From Patescibacteria group bacterium (lineage in GTDB: Bacteria > Patescibacteriota > Patescibacteriia > JAHIZJ01): a stretch of 46,077 bases of DNA. Location: contig JAHIZJ010000099.1 of assembly GCA_018814765.1 (NCBI GenBank), forward strand, positions 1 to 46,077, given 5' to 3'. The translations under genes were made by a program, and so were the position numbers. Below are positions 29,729-39,666 of this stretch, one piece after another (position 1 is the first letter of the stretch; each line of letters opens with the position of its first letter). The notes under the pieces were generated by a model, which made no database searches, was not told the origin of the DNA, and saw only the letters and a list, made by a program, of their open reading frames with translations.

Positions 29729-30220
29729 ATGATGTCAAAAAACACAAACGATAAGTCATTTAAAAGACCTGCTAAAAAAGACCAGGAATTTGAACAGCGA
29801 GTGATTGAAATTGCCAGAGTAACCCGTGTTATGGCCGGTGGTAAGCGTATGCGTTTCAGGGCTTGCGTGGTAATTGGTGACATGAAGGGGAGAGTGGGTT
29901 TTGGCATAGCAAAAGGAGCAGATGTTACAATAGCCATTAACAAGGCGGTAGACAGAGCAAAAAAAACAATGGTTCGAGTGAACATGGTAAATGGCACAAT
30001 TCCACATGAAGTTAGGCTAAGACATAAGGCCGTTAATGTTCTATTAAAGCCGGCTCCACAAGGTACTGGAGTGGTAGCTGGCGGACCGACTCGCGCAGTA
30101 GTAGAATTAGCCGGATATAAGAACGTAGTAATAAAAATGATAGGTTCACGAAGTAAAATTAATAATGTCCAAACTACTTTCAAAGCCTTACAATCTTTGA
30201 AGCAACCTAAAGGTAAATAA
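29729..30220 (+). CDS. rpsE: 30S ribosomal protein S5
   Basis: VIEIARVTRVMAGGKRMRFRACVVIGD...GTGVVAGG. Confidence 0.96.
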   Translation: MMSKNTNDKSFKRPAKKDQEFEQRVIEIARVTRVMAGGKRMRFRACVVIGDMKGRVGFGIAKGADVTIAINKAVDRAKKTMVRVNMVNGTIPHEVRLRHKAVNVLLKPAPQGTGVVAGGPTRAVVELAGYKNVVIKMIGSRSKINNVQTTFKALQSLKQPKGK

Positions 30221-30221
30221 A

Positions 30222-30674
30222 ATGGAACTAAGTCTGAGCAATCTAAAACCTAAAGCTAGAAAAAAGCGACGACGTGTTGGTCGAGGAAATGCTTCCGGTA
30301 AAGGTACTTATTCGGGACGCGGTCTAAAGGGCCAGAAGTCACGATCTGGTGGTAGTCTACGACCCGGCTTTGAAGGTGGTAGAATGACGCTCGTACAACA
30401 ATTGCCAAAGAGCCGTGGCTTTAAAAGCTTTAAAGTAAAGCCAGCAGTAATTAATGTTTCTGACCTTCAGGCGTCTTTTAATAATAATGATGTAGTTACG
30501 CCGGCGAAGCTACGGTCTAAGGGCTTAATACACAAGGCCGGTTCACTCATTAAGGTTTTAGGAGAAGGGAAGATTGAGAAAAAATTAACTGTTACTGCTG
30601 ATGCGTTTTCAAAGTCAGCAAATGATGCTATAACTAAGGCAGGTGGCAAAATAGTCTTAAGAAAGAAAAAATAA
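30222..30674 (+). CDS. rplO: 50S ribosomal protein L15
   Basis: RRVGRGNASGKGTYSGRGLKGQKSRSG. It starts 2 nt after rpsE, leaving no room for rpmD. Confidence 0.95.
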   Translation: MELSLSNLKPKARKKRRRVGRGNASGKGTYSGRGLKGQKSRSGGSLRPGFEGGRMTLVQQLPKSRGFKSFKVKPAVINVSDLQASFNNNDVVTPAKLRSKGLIHKAGSLIKVLGEGKIEKKLTVTADAFSKSANDAITKAGGKIVLRKKK

Positions 30675-31988
30675 ATGTGGGAAAAACTGCTCCAGCTTTG
30701 GCGCATAAAAGACTTACGTAAAAAGGTGCTATTTATATTAGCTATCTTGGTTGTTTTTAGAATTGCCGCTCATATACCTGTTCCTGGGGTTGACGTTGAA
30801 AACCTCAAACAGTTTTTCGGCTCGAGTCAGATTCTGGGACTTTTAAATATTTTTTCTGGCGGAGCCTTAGAGAACTTTTCCATAGTAATGCTTGGTTTAG
30901 CGCCGTATATAACCGCCTCGATTATTTTTCAGTTACTAACTATGATTATCCCTAAGCTTGAGGAAATACAAAAAGAGGGGGAGCGTGGCCAGCAAAGGAT
31001 AAATCAATACACCAGACTTTTAACGATACCATTGGCTTGTTTACAGGCGTACGGTACGATAACATTGTTAGGACGTAGTCAGGGAGTACAGGGAATACTA
31101 GGGGGTTCCTCAAATGCTCCAACGGGGATTATTGGCGATCTATCATTATTCCAATGGGTGACCGCTATCGCTACTATTGTAGCGGGAAGCTTGTTTCTTA
31201 TGTGGCTGGGTGAGCTAATCACTGAAAAGAATATTGGCAATGGTATATCATTATTGATTTTTGCGGGTATAGTTGCTGGTGTGCCAACTTCTATTCAACA
31301 AACCGTAGCTATATTCGATCCGGGTCAAATGCTGGGCATATTGGTATTTATTGTTATAGGCGTAATAACTATTGCCGGTGTTGTTTTTATTACTGAAGGA
31401 CAAAGAAATGTTCCGGTTTCATATGCTCGACAAATACGAGGACGGAGAGTCTATGGTGGAACTAATACTCACTTACCACTACGTGTTAATCAGGCCGGTG
31501 TAATCCCAATAATTTTTGCCATCTCTCTTTTATTAATACCGCCTATTGTAGCTGGTTACTTGGCTCAGTCTGGTACAGGAATGTTGGCAAACTTTTCTCA
31601 GGGGATAGTTAACTTGTTTAATAATCAGGTTTTTTATGGTGGGTTCTATTTTGTTTTAGTTGTGGCATTTACCTATTTTTATACAGCGGTTATTTTTCAC
31701 CCGGAACAAATATCAGAAAACTTGCAAAAACAAGGTGGTTTTGTACCTGGAATAAGACCCGGACGACAGACTGCGGAATACTTGAGTTCAGTGAGTAATC
31801 GCATTTTATTAGCTGGGGCGCTATTTTTAGGAACAATTGCCGTATTACCGTTTATCGTTCAAGGCGCCACCGGCATTGGGACTCTTGTGGTCGGAGGCAC
31901 TAGCCTGTTGATTGTCGTTAGTGTAGTGCTGGAAACAGTTAAACAAATAAATTCGCAGCTTCAGATGAGAGACTATGAGGGATTTTAA
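30675..31988 (+). CDS. secY: Preprotein translocase subunit SecY
   Basis: 437 aa, about 10 TM segments, operon position after rplO. Confidence 0.96.
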   Translation: MWEKLLQLWRIKDLRKKVLFILAILVVFRIAAHIPVPGVDVENLKQFFGSSQILGLLNIFSGGALENFSIVMLGLAPYITASIIFQLLTMIIPKLEEIQKEGERGQQRINQYTRLLTIPLACLQAYGTITLLGRSQGVQGILGGSSNAPTGIIGDLSLFQWVTAIATIVAGSLFLMWLGELITEKNIGNGISLLIFAGIVAGVPTSIQQTVAIFDPGQMLGILVFIVIGVITIAGVVFITEGQRNVPVSYARQIRGRRVYGGTNTHLPLRVNQAGVIPIIFAISLLLIPPIVAGYLAQSGTGMLANFSQGIVNLFNNQVFYGGFYFVLVVAFTYFYTAVIFHPEQISENLQKQGGFVPGIRPGRQTAEYLSSVSNRILLAGALFLGTIAVLPFIVQGATGIGTLVVGGTSLLIVVSVVLETVKQINSQLQMRDYEGF

Positions 31989-32062
31989 AAGTAATTTCAA
32001 ATAATCAATTTACAACTAATAATTACTAGTTATTGGTTGATAGTTGGTCATTGAAAATAGTT

Positions 32063-32755
32063 ATGGTTACTTCGATTCCAAAATTGATTATCATAATGGG
32101 GCCACCGGGATCAGGAAAGGGTACCCAGGCACAACTTCTCAAAGAGAAATATTCTTGTAATTATATTGCCACAGGCGACTTGGTTCGTGAGATGTATAAA
32201 AAAGCAGCTACGGGTGATCCATTGGGACTGGAGGTGAAAAAACGGTATGACAGAGGTGAGCCACAGCCGGATGATATAATTTTAAAATTTGTTAGGCAAA
32301 AACTTATCACTATAGATACACAGAGGGGGATTATTTTTGATGCTTTCCCACTATCCGAAGCGCAGGCTCGTGGTTTAGATGAAATTATAAAAGATTTTAA
32401 ACTGGATAAGCCGGTGGCTATCAACATTAAGGTGGGAGAAGAAGATGTTGTTCAGCGTCTGAGTTTAAGAAAATATTGCCCAAAAGATAATTCAGTGTAC
32501 TATCCTAAGTCACCTACGTATGACTCAAACAAATGTGAGAAATGTGGTAAGGGGTTAATTCGACGGGCAGACGATGAAGCAGGAGTGGTTAGAAAACGCT
32601 ATAAAAAATATATCGATCGGATAAATGTCTTGGTAATGTATTATGAAAAACGAAATCAATTGATAAGCATAAACGGCGAACAATCGGTAGAGAAGGTGGC
32701 CAGTGAGATTGAACAAAGATTGTCTACCTATCAATCAGATTATGCGCAAAAATGA
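32063..32755 (+). CDS. adk: Adenylate kinase (zinc-lid type)
   Basis: P-loop GPPGSGKGTQ and lid CPKD...CEKCG. ATG 32063 is preferred over the TTG at 32033. Confidence 0.93.
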   Translation: MVTSIPKLIIIMGPPGSGKGTQAQLLKEKYSCNYIATGDLVREMYKKAATGDPLGLEVKKRYDRGEPQPDDIILKFVRQKLITIDTQRGIIFDAFPLSEAQARGLDEIIKDFKLDKPVAINIKVGEEDVVQRLSLRKYCPKDNSVYYPKSPTYDSNKCEKCGKGLIRRADDEAGVVRKRYKKYIDRINVLVMYYEKRNQLISINGEQSVEKVASEIEQRLSTYQSDYAQK

Positions 32756-33504
32756 TAATAGTTAAGACTGCCAAAGAAATAGAGATATTAAGACAGGGTG
32801 GAGCTTTACTCGCCCGTATTTTATATAAGGTAATTGACAATGTAATGCCCGGGGTTACCACCCAAGAGTTGAATGATTATGCCGAAGAATTGATTCGCCA
32901 AAATAAGGCCCAGCCCTCTTTTAAAAATTATCAAAACTTTCCTGCAGCTTTATGTGCATCTGTAAACGAACAGGTAGTTCATGCTATTCCTAGGTCAGAC
33001 GTTGTACTTCGCCAGGGCGATATAATCGGCCTTGATTTGGGAATCTGGTATGAAGGCAGATGTACTGATATGGCGCGTACTGTTCCTGTGGGGACTGTGT
33101 CTGCCCAAGCCATGAAGTTACTCCGAACTGCAAATAAAGCTCTAGATGAGGGCATTAGGCAGGTAATACCAGGTCATAGAATAGGCGACATATCAGCGGC
33201 TATTCAGGTGGTCTCTGAAAAAGGCGGCTATTCAGTGGTGCGTACTTTATTCGGTCACGGAGTAGGTCGCAAGGTCCATGAGGAGCCACGCATACCCAAT
33301 TTTGGCCAGCCGAATACTGGACCCATGTTGAAACCGGGCATGGTTATTGCGATTGAACCAATGCTGGCTATTGGCCAGCCCCAAGTCAAGACAGCTTCGG
33401 ATGGTTGGTCTATTGCTACGGTTGATGGTTCACTCACCGCCCATGCAGAGGATACAGTTGCAGTGACTGATGATGGCTATGAAATTTTAACCAGAAAGCA
33501 ATGA
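32752..33504 (+). CDS. map: Methionine aminopeptidase type I
   Basis: Follows adk in the usual operon position. Contains DIIGLDLG, FGHGVGRKVHEEP, IAIEPM and HAEDTV segments consistent with the MetAP-I metal-binding sites; 250 aa. Confidence 0.93.
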   Translation: MIIVKTAKEIEILRQGGALLARILYKVIDNVMPGVTTQELNDYAEELIRQNKAQPSFKNYQNFPAALCASVNEQVVHAIPRSDVVLRQGDIIGLDLGIWYEGRCTDMARTVPVGTVSAQAMKLLRTANKALDEGIRQVIPGHRIGDISAAIQVVSEKGGYSVVRTLFGHGVGRKVHEEPRIPNFGQPNTGPMLKPGMVIAIEPMLAIGQPQVKTASDGWSIATVDGSLTAHAEDTVAVTDDGYEILTRKQ

Positions 33505-33911
33505 GTAAGATATTAGCCATTGATTTTGGTTTAAAGCGTCTTGGTATAGCTATTTCAGACGAGCAAGAAAATCATGTTTTTGGTCGTCCTACTGTTATGG
33601 TAAAACAATGGCGAGACGCCGTACCCATAGTATTAGATCTTTGTCAGGACGAAGGAGTCGGTGAGATAGTTGTTGGATGGCCAATTTCTTTGTCAGGCCA
33701 AGAGAATAGGATAAGCCGAGACTTGAAACAGTTTGTTGATATAATATCAAATAAGACCAGCATAGCTGTGAAAACATTTGACGAAAGACTTACATCACGT
33801 TTGGCACAAAGGCAGCTAAATGATATGCCCCATCGTAAAAAGAAGGGTGAACGGGACTGTTTGGCCGCACAAATAATTCTTCAGGACTATATAGATAGTA
33901 AAAGGAAGTAG
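33501..33911 (+). CDS. ruvX: YqgF/RuvX-family putative pre-16S rRNA nuclease / Holliday junction resolvase-like protein
   Basis: ILAIDFGLKRLGIAISD N-terminus, 136 aa. Confidence 0.8.
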   Translation: MSKILAIDFGLKRLGIAISDEQENHVFGRPTVMVKQWRDAVPIVLDLCQDEGVGEIVVGWPISLSGQENRISRDLKQFVDIISNKTSIAVKTFDERLTSRLAQRQLNDMPHRKKKGERDCLAAQIILQDYIDSKRK

Positions 33912-33915
33912 TAGC

Positions 33916-35043
33916 ATGTCGTATTTATATTACATATTTACATTTATTATAAGCGTGGGCTTGGCTTTTATTCTTACCTACTATGCTCGTAAGTTAGCAC
34001 TAAAGTTTAATATTGTTGATAGACCCGCCACAGACTCCAGCAGAAAAATCCACCAAGCACCTATGCCATTATTAGGAGGGTTGGGTATTTTTTTAACCAT
34101 TCTGATCCTTGTGATATTCTTTACTAGTATAAACAACCAGCTTTTGGGAGGTTATTTGTTGGTGAAGCACTTGCTAGGAGTTATCATAGGTGGATGTGTG
34201 ATTATGCTGGGTGGTTATCTGGATGATCGCTATCGTTTGACACCTAGTCGACAAATTATATTTCCTGCCATAGCTGCGTTAATTATTGTAGCAAGCGGTG
34301 TGGGTATAGAATATATTTCTAATCCTTTTGGTGATTCATTTAGGCTCGATAGTATTCAAATAGAGCTGTTTCGTTTGGGTGGCTTACCCTACACGATAAC
34401 ATTGTTGAGTGACGCTTTTGTGTTTATCTGGCTAATGGGCATGATGTACACAACAAAGTTTTTAGATGGCCTAGATGGACTGTCTACCGGAATAACCACA
34501 ATAGGCGCTTTTATAGTTTTCTTTCTAAGTATCAGCCAGACTGTAGCCCAACCTGAAACTGCACTATTGGCTATAATATTCGCTGGAGCCGGTCTTGGTT
34601 TCTTATTGTGGAATTTCCATCCAGCTAAGGTATTTTTGGGAGAGGGGGGCAGTGTGTTTGTCGGATTTATGTTGGGAGTATTGTCAATAATCTCTGGGGC
34701 CAAGATTGCCACAGCACTTCTAATAATGGGAATTCCTATCCTAGATGTAATTTGGGTGATAATACGAAGATTGTTTATTGAAAAAAAATCACCCACCATG
34801 GCTGATAATAAGCATTTACATTTTCGTTTACTCGACATGGGTTTGTCGCACAGACAAGCCGTGATCTTTCTCTATGTACTAACAGTACTATTTGGTATCA
34901 CCAGTCTCTTTTTTACAGGAAAAGACAAGGTAATTTCTCTAGTAATACTAGTGGGAGTTATGATAGTTTTAGCCAGCATTCTAGTAGTTGCTTATAAACG
35001 AAAAAATTGTAGTATTTCGGATATAGAAGTTGACAATCAATAA
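33916..35043 (+). CDS. Glycosyltransferase family 4 (MraY/WecA-like polyprenyl-phosphate sugar-1-phosphate transferase)
   Basis: About 10 TM helices, with DRPATDSSRKIHQAPMPLLGG, FLDGLDGLSTG and NFHPAKVFLGEGGS. Confidence 0.8.
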   Translation: MSYLYYIFTFIISVGLAFILTYYARKLALKFNIVDRPATDSSRKIHQAPMPLLGGLGIFLTILILVIFFTSINNQLLGGYLLVKHLLGVIIGGCVIMLGGYLDDRYRLTPSRQIIFPAIAALIIVASGVGIEYISNPFGDSFRLDSIQIELFRLGGLPYTITLLSDAFVFIWLMGMMYTTKFLDGLDGLSTGITTIGAFIVFFLSISQTVAQPETALLAIIFAGAGLGFLLWNFHPAKVFLGEGGSVFVGFMLGVLSIISGAKIATALLIMGIPILDVIWVIIRRLFIEKKSPTMADNKHLHFRLLDMGLSHRQAVIFLYVLTVLFGITSLFFTGKDKVISLVILVGVMIVLASILVVAYKRKNCSISDIEVDNQ

Positions 35044-35085
35044 ATCTACGTGTACACTACCTATTGTAATTAATAATAAAATACC

Positions 35086-35406
35086 ATGATTGCAGTAATA
35101 AAAACGGGCGGAAAGCAATATACAGTAGAGGAAAATGACAAGATAAAGATTGAAAAAATACCTGGAAAAGAGGGTGCTAAAGTTTCTTTTAAAGAAGTCT
35201 TGTTGATTTCTGATAAGTTAAGCAAGGCTTTAAAAGTTGGTACGCCCAAAGTGGCCAAAGCCCATGTTGAAGCAAAAGTGCTAAAACAAGACAAGGATAA
35301 AAAAGTTACTGTAATAAAATACAAATCCAAAATCCGCTATCGTCGGCAGTATGGCCATCGACAGCTATATACTCAGGTGCAGATTGAAAAGATAGTAACT
35401 GCTTAA
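35086..35406 (+). CDS. rplU: 50S ribosomal protein L21
   Basis: MIAVIKTGGKQYTVEENDKIKIEKI. Confidence 0.92.
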   Translation: MIAVIKTGGKQYTVEENDKIKIEKIPGKEGAKVSFKEVLLISDKLSKALKVGTPKVAKAHVEAKVLKQDKDKKVTVIKYKSKIRYRRQYGHRQLYTQVQIEKIVTA

Positions 35407-35426
35407 ATAAATATATAAAAAAAAGA

Positions 35427-35449
35427 CCTGGTTATCATCAGGCTTTTTT
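35427..35449 (+). terminator. Intrinsic terminator after rplU
   Basis: CCTGGT (35427-35432) pairs with ATCAGG (35437-35442) across a 4-nt loop, then a T6 run. An A-run upstream means it could act in both directions. Confidence 0.6.
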
Positions 35450-35491
35450 AATTACGTCCCATGATGGTTCAGGTTAGCGCCATCACCCAAA

Positions 35492-35592
35492 CTGTCATGC
35501 CGTCCCCCACCCTTTAACAAAAGGGTGGGTGGATCGGCATCTCAAAAGGCACCATCTCTCTGGAGACCCCGGATCGCGGTTCGGGGTGACAG
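35492..35592 (+). repeat. 100-nt structured repeat element, copy A
   Basis: CTGTCATGCCGTCCCCCACCCTTTAACAAAAGGGTGGGTGGATCGGCATCTCAAAA... The first 56 nt are identical to 39667-39722. The element closes with CTGTCA/TGACAG and has four internal hairpins. Confidence 0.7.
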
Positions 35593-35685
35593 GAGGAGGG
35601 TGTTTTTGGAAGGGTATCTTATATAAATTGAATTAATTGTTAATTTACGAACCAGCTATTCCATTTTGTAAGGTGCAGTGAAAAA

Positions 35686-36282
35686 TTAATATATCTCCCA
35701 CTGTGATAATTGATGGTTCCATTTATATTCTTGGGCGAGAATATTTGTTGCATTATTCATGAAAATATACTGATATTCGATCGTTAACCTTACACTTGTT
35801 TTGGAAGGATCAATGTTTAAAATATCAAAGCCCTTAGCTGATAAAATTTCTGCTGTTTTGAAAGTTCTTTGTCGTGAGTCTTGGCCAGGCATATTCATCT
35901 TCGATCTGAATATATCACTAATATCGATAACCTTATTGTTGGCGTAAACTGATATATTAAACGTTAAGTCGAAAAAAGTATTATTGGTTACATTTCTGTA
36001 GTGAATTTGTGTATATGGAACATTATTTTCTTTACCACTATTTACTTGAATTAGCAATGATGGTTGTTGACTAAGGACGAACGCTGCGTTGGTTAATAAA
36101 TAGCTATTAATTACGAAGACAACAGAAATTATTGCGACTGATAACGCAACGAGAGCTATTAAATTTTGTATCTTTTGATTATTATCAAGACCACAATTAC
36201 AATTGAAAATGAAAATACCAACTATTATTGCACCTAACAACACTAATACAGAAATTATTGTGGGTATTCGGATATTTATCAT
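35686..36282 (-). CDS. Hypothetical membrane protein (two N-terminal TM helices)
   Basis: 198-aa ORF with hydrophobic stretches IISVLVLLGAIIVGIFIF and LIALVALSVAIISVVFVI. No family was recognised. Confidence 0.5.
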   Translation of the reverse strand: MINIRIPTIISVLVLLGAIIVGIFIFNCNCGLDNNQKIQNLIALVALSVAIISVVFVINSYLLTNAAFVLSQQPSLLIQVNSGKENNVPYTQIHYRNVTNNTFFDLTFNISVYANNKVIDISDIFRSKMNMPGQDSRQRTFKTAEILSAKGFDILNIDPSKTSVRLTIEYQYIFMNNATNILAQEYKWNHQLSQWEIY

Positions 36283-36310
36283 AATTTATTATTTCATAAA
36301 ACTTTAGGCT

Positions 36311-36910
36311 TTAATGCCTCCCCTTCAGAGCACTGGCCAGGGTAATCTCATCTGCATAGTCTAGGTCACCACCGACAGGTAAACCCCTGGCTAGGCTGGT
36401 GATTTTTTGGACATAAGGTCGAAGTATTTTTCTGAGGTAAATAGCAGTTGACTCACCTTCGACATCAAGGTTAAAAGCCAGAATGACCTCTTGTATTTTT
36501 GGCTGGCTGTTTTTAAGTCGCTCTATCAATTGTTTGATGCGTAAATTGTCGGGCGTTACTCCATCAACCGGATTTAAAACCCCACCCAGCACAAAATATA
36601 GCCCCTTATGTTCACCGGTCTTTTCAAAGAGGGATATTTGAGGCGATTGAGCTACTACACAAAGTATAGTATTATTCCTACTTTTATTTTGGCAGATACT
36701 ACAAGGGCTTGTCTCAGATAGGTTAAAACACTGCGTACAGGTGTTTATCCTTTTCTGAATCACCTGTAAAGCTCGAGTTAGTTTTTCAATTTCTGAGACT
36801 GGGCGCTGTAGTAAATAATACGTAAAACGCTCGGACGTTTTTGGTCCGATGCCAGGGAATTTATTGAATTCTTCAATTAAATTTTGGATTGGTTCTGGAT
36901 ATTGATTCAT
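36311..36910 (-). CDS. recR: Recombination protein RecR
   Basis: HhH N-terminus, C4 zinc finger CTQCFNLSETSPCSIC, Toprim domain. Confidence 0.93.
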   Translation of the reverse strand: MNQYPEPIQNLIEEFNKFPGIGPKTSERFTYYLLQRPVSEIEKLTRALQVIQKRINTCTQCFNLSETSPCSICQNKSRNNTILCVVAQSPQISLFEKTGEHKGLYFVLGGVLNPVDGVTPDNLRIKQLIERLKNSQPKIQEVILAFNLDVEGESTAIYLRKILRPYVQKITSLARGLPVGGDLDYADEITLASALKGRH

Positions 36911-36914
36911 GGAA

Positions 36915-37208
36915 TTAGCCCATTCCTGGTAGATTGAATCCTCCGCTCGAACGCATTTTTTCCAACATTATCTGTTGGACCTTTTTAACACCCTGGTTAA
37001 AAGCCTTGCATAAAGAGGACTCGAGTTCATCCTTTTTTTCCGGAGTAAACATTTCAGGATCAATGGTTATGCTCTGTACTTCCTGATTTCCATCCATGAC
37101 CAAATGTATACCGTTTTCATCTACAGCGACCGATTCTTCGCTTAATTGATTTTTAATGTTTTTTGCTTGATCGCGTAGATCTTTGTATTGTTTTAATTTT
37201 TGGAACAC
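36915..37208 (-). CDS. ybaB: YbaB/EbfC-family nucleoid-associated protein
   Basis: 97 aa, upstream of recR as in many bacteria, with a GGFNLPGMG tail. Confidence 0.85.
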   Translation of the reverse strand: MFQKLKQYKDLRDQAKNIKNQLSEESVAVDENGIHLVMDGNQEVQSITIDPEMFTPEKKDELESSLCKAFNQGVKKVQQIMLEKMRSSGGFNLPGMG

Positions 37209-37297
37209 TGTTGTTAGTTTAAAATGTAAAATTTAAAAAATGCAAAATGATTATATATAATTTACATTCTTAATTATAAATTCTGAATTTTGAATTA

Positions 37298-38707
37298 TTA
37301 AAACGGGCTTTCTTCTGATTCCGAATAGCGCTTGCCAATGTCATTCTCAAAACACACACTGTTTTCATTGAAACGTAATTTAACAATGCCGGTTGGTCCG
37401 TTGCGATGCTTGGCAATATGAATTTCTGCTAGGTTAATGTCTTCAGGCTTTATGTCCTCTTTCTGATAATTGCGATCCATGGCTTTTCGATAGATAAACA
37501 TTACTACGTCCGCGTCTTGCTCAATAGAGCCGGATTCACGCAAGTGGGCTAATTTAGGAATAGCCGGCGTACTCATTTCCACAGCACGTGATAGCTGTGA
37601 TAAGCCTATAACAGGCACATTAAGTTCTCTGGCTACAGCTTTTAACCCACGTGTGATTTCCGCTACTTCTTGTACACGGTTATCGGAATTACCACGTCCT
37701 TCCATCAATTGCAGGTAATCCACTATGATTAAATCTAGTCCGTGCTCTGATGCTAAGCGTCTTGACTTGGTGCGGATTTCCATAACATTGGCAACAGCAG
37801 AATCATCAATGAATATCTTGGCTTCAGACATTTTCCCCATTGAATGTGCAATATTGGTGAAATCATTATCTTCACCTTGGTCTGACAGTCGGCCCGTGCG
37901 GAATTTCCAAAGACTTACTTTGGCCTCTGAACAGAGCATACGGTCAATCAATTGCTCTTTTGACATCTCTAAGCTAAATAATGCCACTGATGCCTTATTC
38001 TTGATAGCCGCCTGTCGTGCAAAATCAAGCGCCAGAGAGGTTTTACCGATTGATGGACGGGCAGCTAGGATGATAAGATCAGATTTTTGAAAGCCTGCCA
38101 GTACGTTGTCTAGGTCAGGAAAGCCACAAGCCAAGCCACGCAGTTTGCCCGTGTCCCTGTGAAGCTCATCCATGCGATCGAATGCCTCGGACAATAAATT
38201 TTGAATTGGTATGAAGCCTTGTTTTAAAAATTTCTGAGAAACCTCAAAAACCGATCTCTCGGCTTTATCCAGAAGAGAATCAACTTCTTTCTCCTCGTCA
38301 TATCCCATTTGAGCAATTTCACTAGCGGAGTTTATCAGGCGCCTCAAGGTGGCCTTCTTTTGTATCATATTGCTATAATGCACCACATGGCTGGAAGTAG
38401 GAACAACATTGGCCAATGTGGCTAAATATGAACGCCCGCCAACTAGGTCTAGCTTTTGTACTTCTTCTAAGCGATTTGACAAACTCAACAGGTCTATCGG
38501 TTCGCGTTTTTCGAATAGATAGAGCATCGATTCAAGTATAATCTGGTGAATGTCTTTATAAAAGTCACCAGGTGTAATGATATCAGCAACTTTAATAATT
38601 GCCTCTTTGTCAATTAATAAAGAACCCAAAACAGCCTGCTCAGCTTCAATATTATGAGGAGGCACCTTCATTAGCGTGTCTTTTTTATTTGTATTCCCGT
38701 CTGACAT
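37298..38707 (-). CDS. dnaB: Replicative DNA helicase DnaB
   Basis: PPHNIEAEQAVLGSLL N-terminus, Walker A ARPSIGKTS, 469 aa. Confidence 0.96.
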   Translation of the reverse strand: MSDGNTNKKDTLMKVPPHNIEAEQAVLGSLLIDKEAIIKVADIITPGDFYKDIHQIILESMLYLFEKREPIDLLSLSNRLEEVQKLDLVGGRSYLATLANVVPTSSHVVHYSNMIQKKATLRRLINSASEIAQMGYDEEKEVDSLLDKAERSVFEVSQKFLKQGFIPIQNLLSEAFDRMDELHRDTGKLRGLACGFPDLDNVLAGFQKSDLIILAARPSIGKTSLALDFARQAAIKNKASVALFSLEMSKEQLIDRMLCSEAKVSLWKFRTGRLSDQGEDNDFTNIAHSMGKMSEAKIFIDDSAVANVMEIRTKSRRLASEHGLDLIIVDYLQLMEGRGNSDNRVQEVAEITRGLKAVARELNVPVIGLSQLSRAVEMSTPAIPKLAHLRESGSIEQDADVVMFIYRKAMDRNYQKEDIKPEDINLAEIHIAKHRNGPTGIVKLRFNENSVCFENDIGKRYSESEESPF

Positions 38708-38767
38708 AGTTTATAACCACTTTTTGTCTTTAAATCTTAACCAATCAGCCAGAATTAAGCAAGTTGA

Positions 38768-39379
38768 ATGTCGCACAGTTTTTCAACTAAGTTATCCCCA
38801 ATAAATAAATTGCTAAATATTCGAATATTTACTAGAATTTCATGTATTATGCAAGAAAAAGAATTCATTATAGTAGATGTTGAGACTACCGGCTTTCGAC
38901 CAAATGATGGCCATTCGATTATTGAAATTGCGGCAGAACGCATGCTTAACGAAAAGATTATTGATGAATTTCATTCTCTTGTTCTGCCGGAGCAGTTTCC
39001 GTTAGACAAAGAAGCACAGGCGATTCATGGTATATCCGATGAGCTATTGCAGAAAGAGGGCCGACCAAACCATATTGTTATTCCCGAGTTTGTAAAATTT
39101 GCGCAGGGTTTGCCACTGATTGGACACAATATAGGCTTCGATGTTTCGTTTATAAATTCACATCTAGTTCGGCTCAACCAGCCGACTCTAAGTAATAAAA
39201 CAATTGACACGCTTCAGCTAGCTAGAAAATACCTGATCATACCAAGCTACAGCTTAGAAAAAGTATCTGCCTATTTGAAGGTCCCACAGCCATCAGCCCA
39301 CCGAGCCAAAGTTGACGTTGAAGTCACTCGACAGGTTTTCTTAAAACTAAACGAGAGAGCTCAACTTAGAAGTAAATAG
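38768..39379 (+). CDS. DnaQ-like 3'-5' exonuclease (DEDDh)
   Basis: Exo motifs FIIVDVETTG, GHNIGFDVSF and HRAKVDVE. The true start may be Met28 at 38849. Confidence 0.85.
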   Translation: MSHSFSTKLSPINKLLNIRIFTRISCIMQEKEFIIVDVETTGFRPNDGHSIIEIAAERMLNEKIIDEFHSLVLPEQFPLDKEAQAIHGISDELLQKEGRPNHIVIPEFVKFAQGLPLIGHNIGFDVSFINSHLVRLNQPTLSNKTIDTLQLARKYLIIPSYSLEKVSAYLKVPQPSAHRAKVDVEVTRQVFLKLNERAQLRSK

Positions 39380-39666
39380 ACTTTTACTATACGCAAAACC
39401 AGCAGTCTATTCTAATGCTAGTGTTTTTTGCTGTGTGTTCGCCACTTTTCTTTTAGCCCCTCACCACGTAGGGTTCGGGACAGGAAAGAAAAGGCAATAA
39501 AAAACGCAGGCGAGGATGATCCCCGCATCAAGTGCGAGACATGGATTAAAAAAAGGGTAAATAAAAGAATATCCGCCAGAGGCGGATTCGCCCTTCGTGG
39601 CGGAAAGCCGTAGCTGCCAAACTTGCTCAAGATATTATTATTCCTATTTGATACTTTCCATACATA

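Noticed and set aside
29713-30183. 156-aa minus-strand ORF
   Set aside because: It is fully antisense to rpsE, with no independent signals.
34389-34838. 149-aa minus-strand ORF
   Set aside because: It is antisense to the family 4 glycosyltransferase gene.
39418-39630. 60-70 aa ORFs on both strands
   Set aside because: The region is made of GC-rich palindromes, and the peptides look like translated hairpins. There is no RBS or other support.
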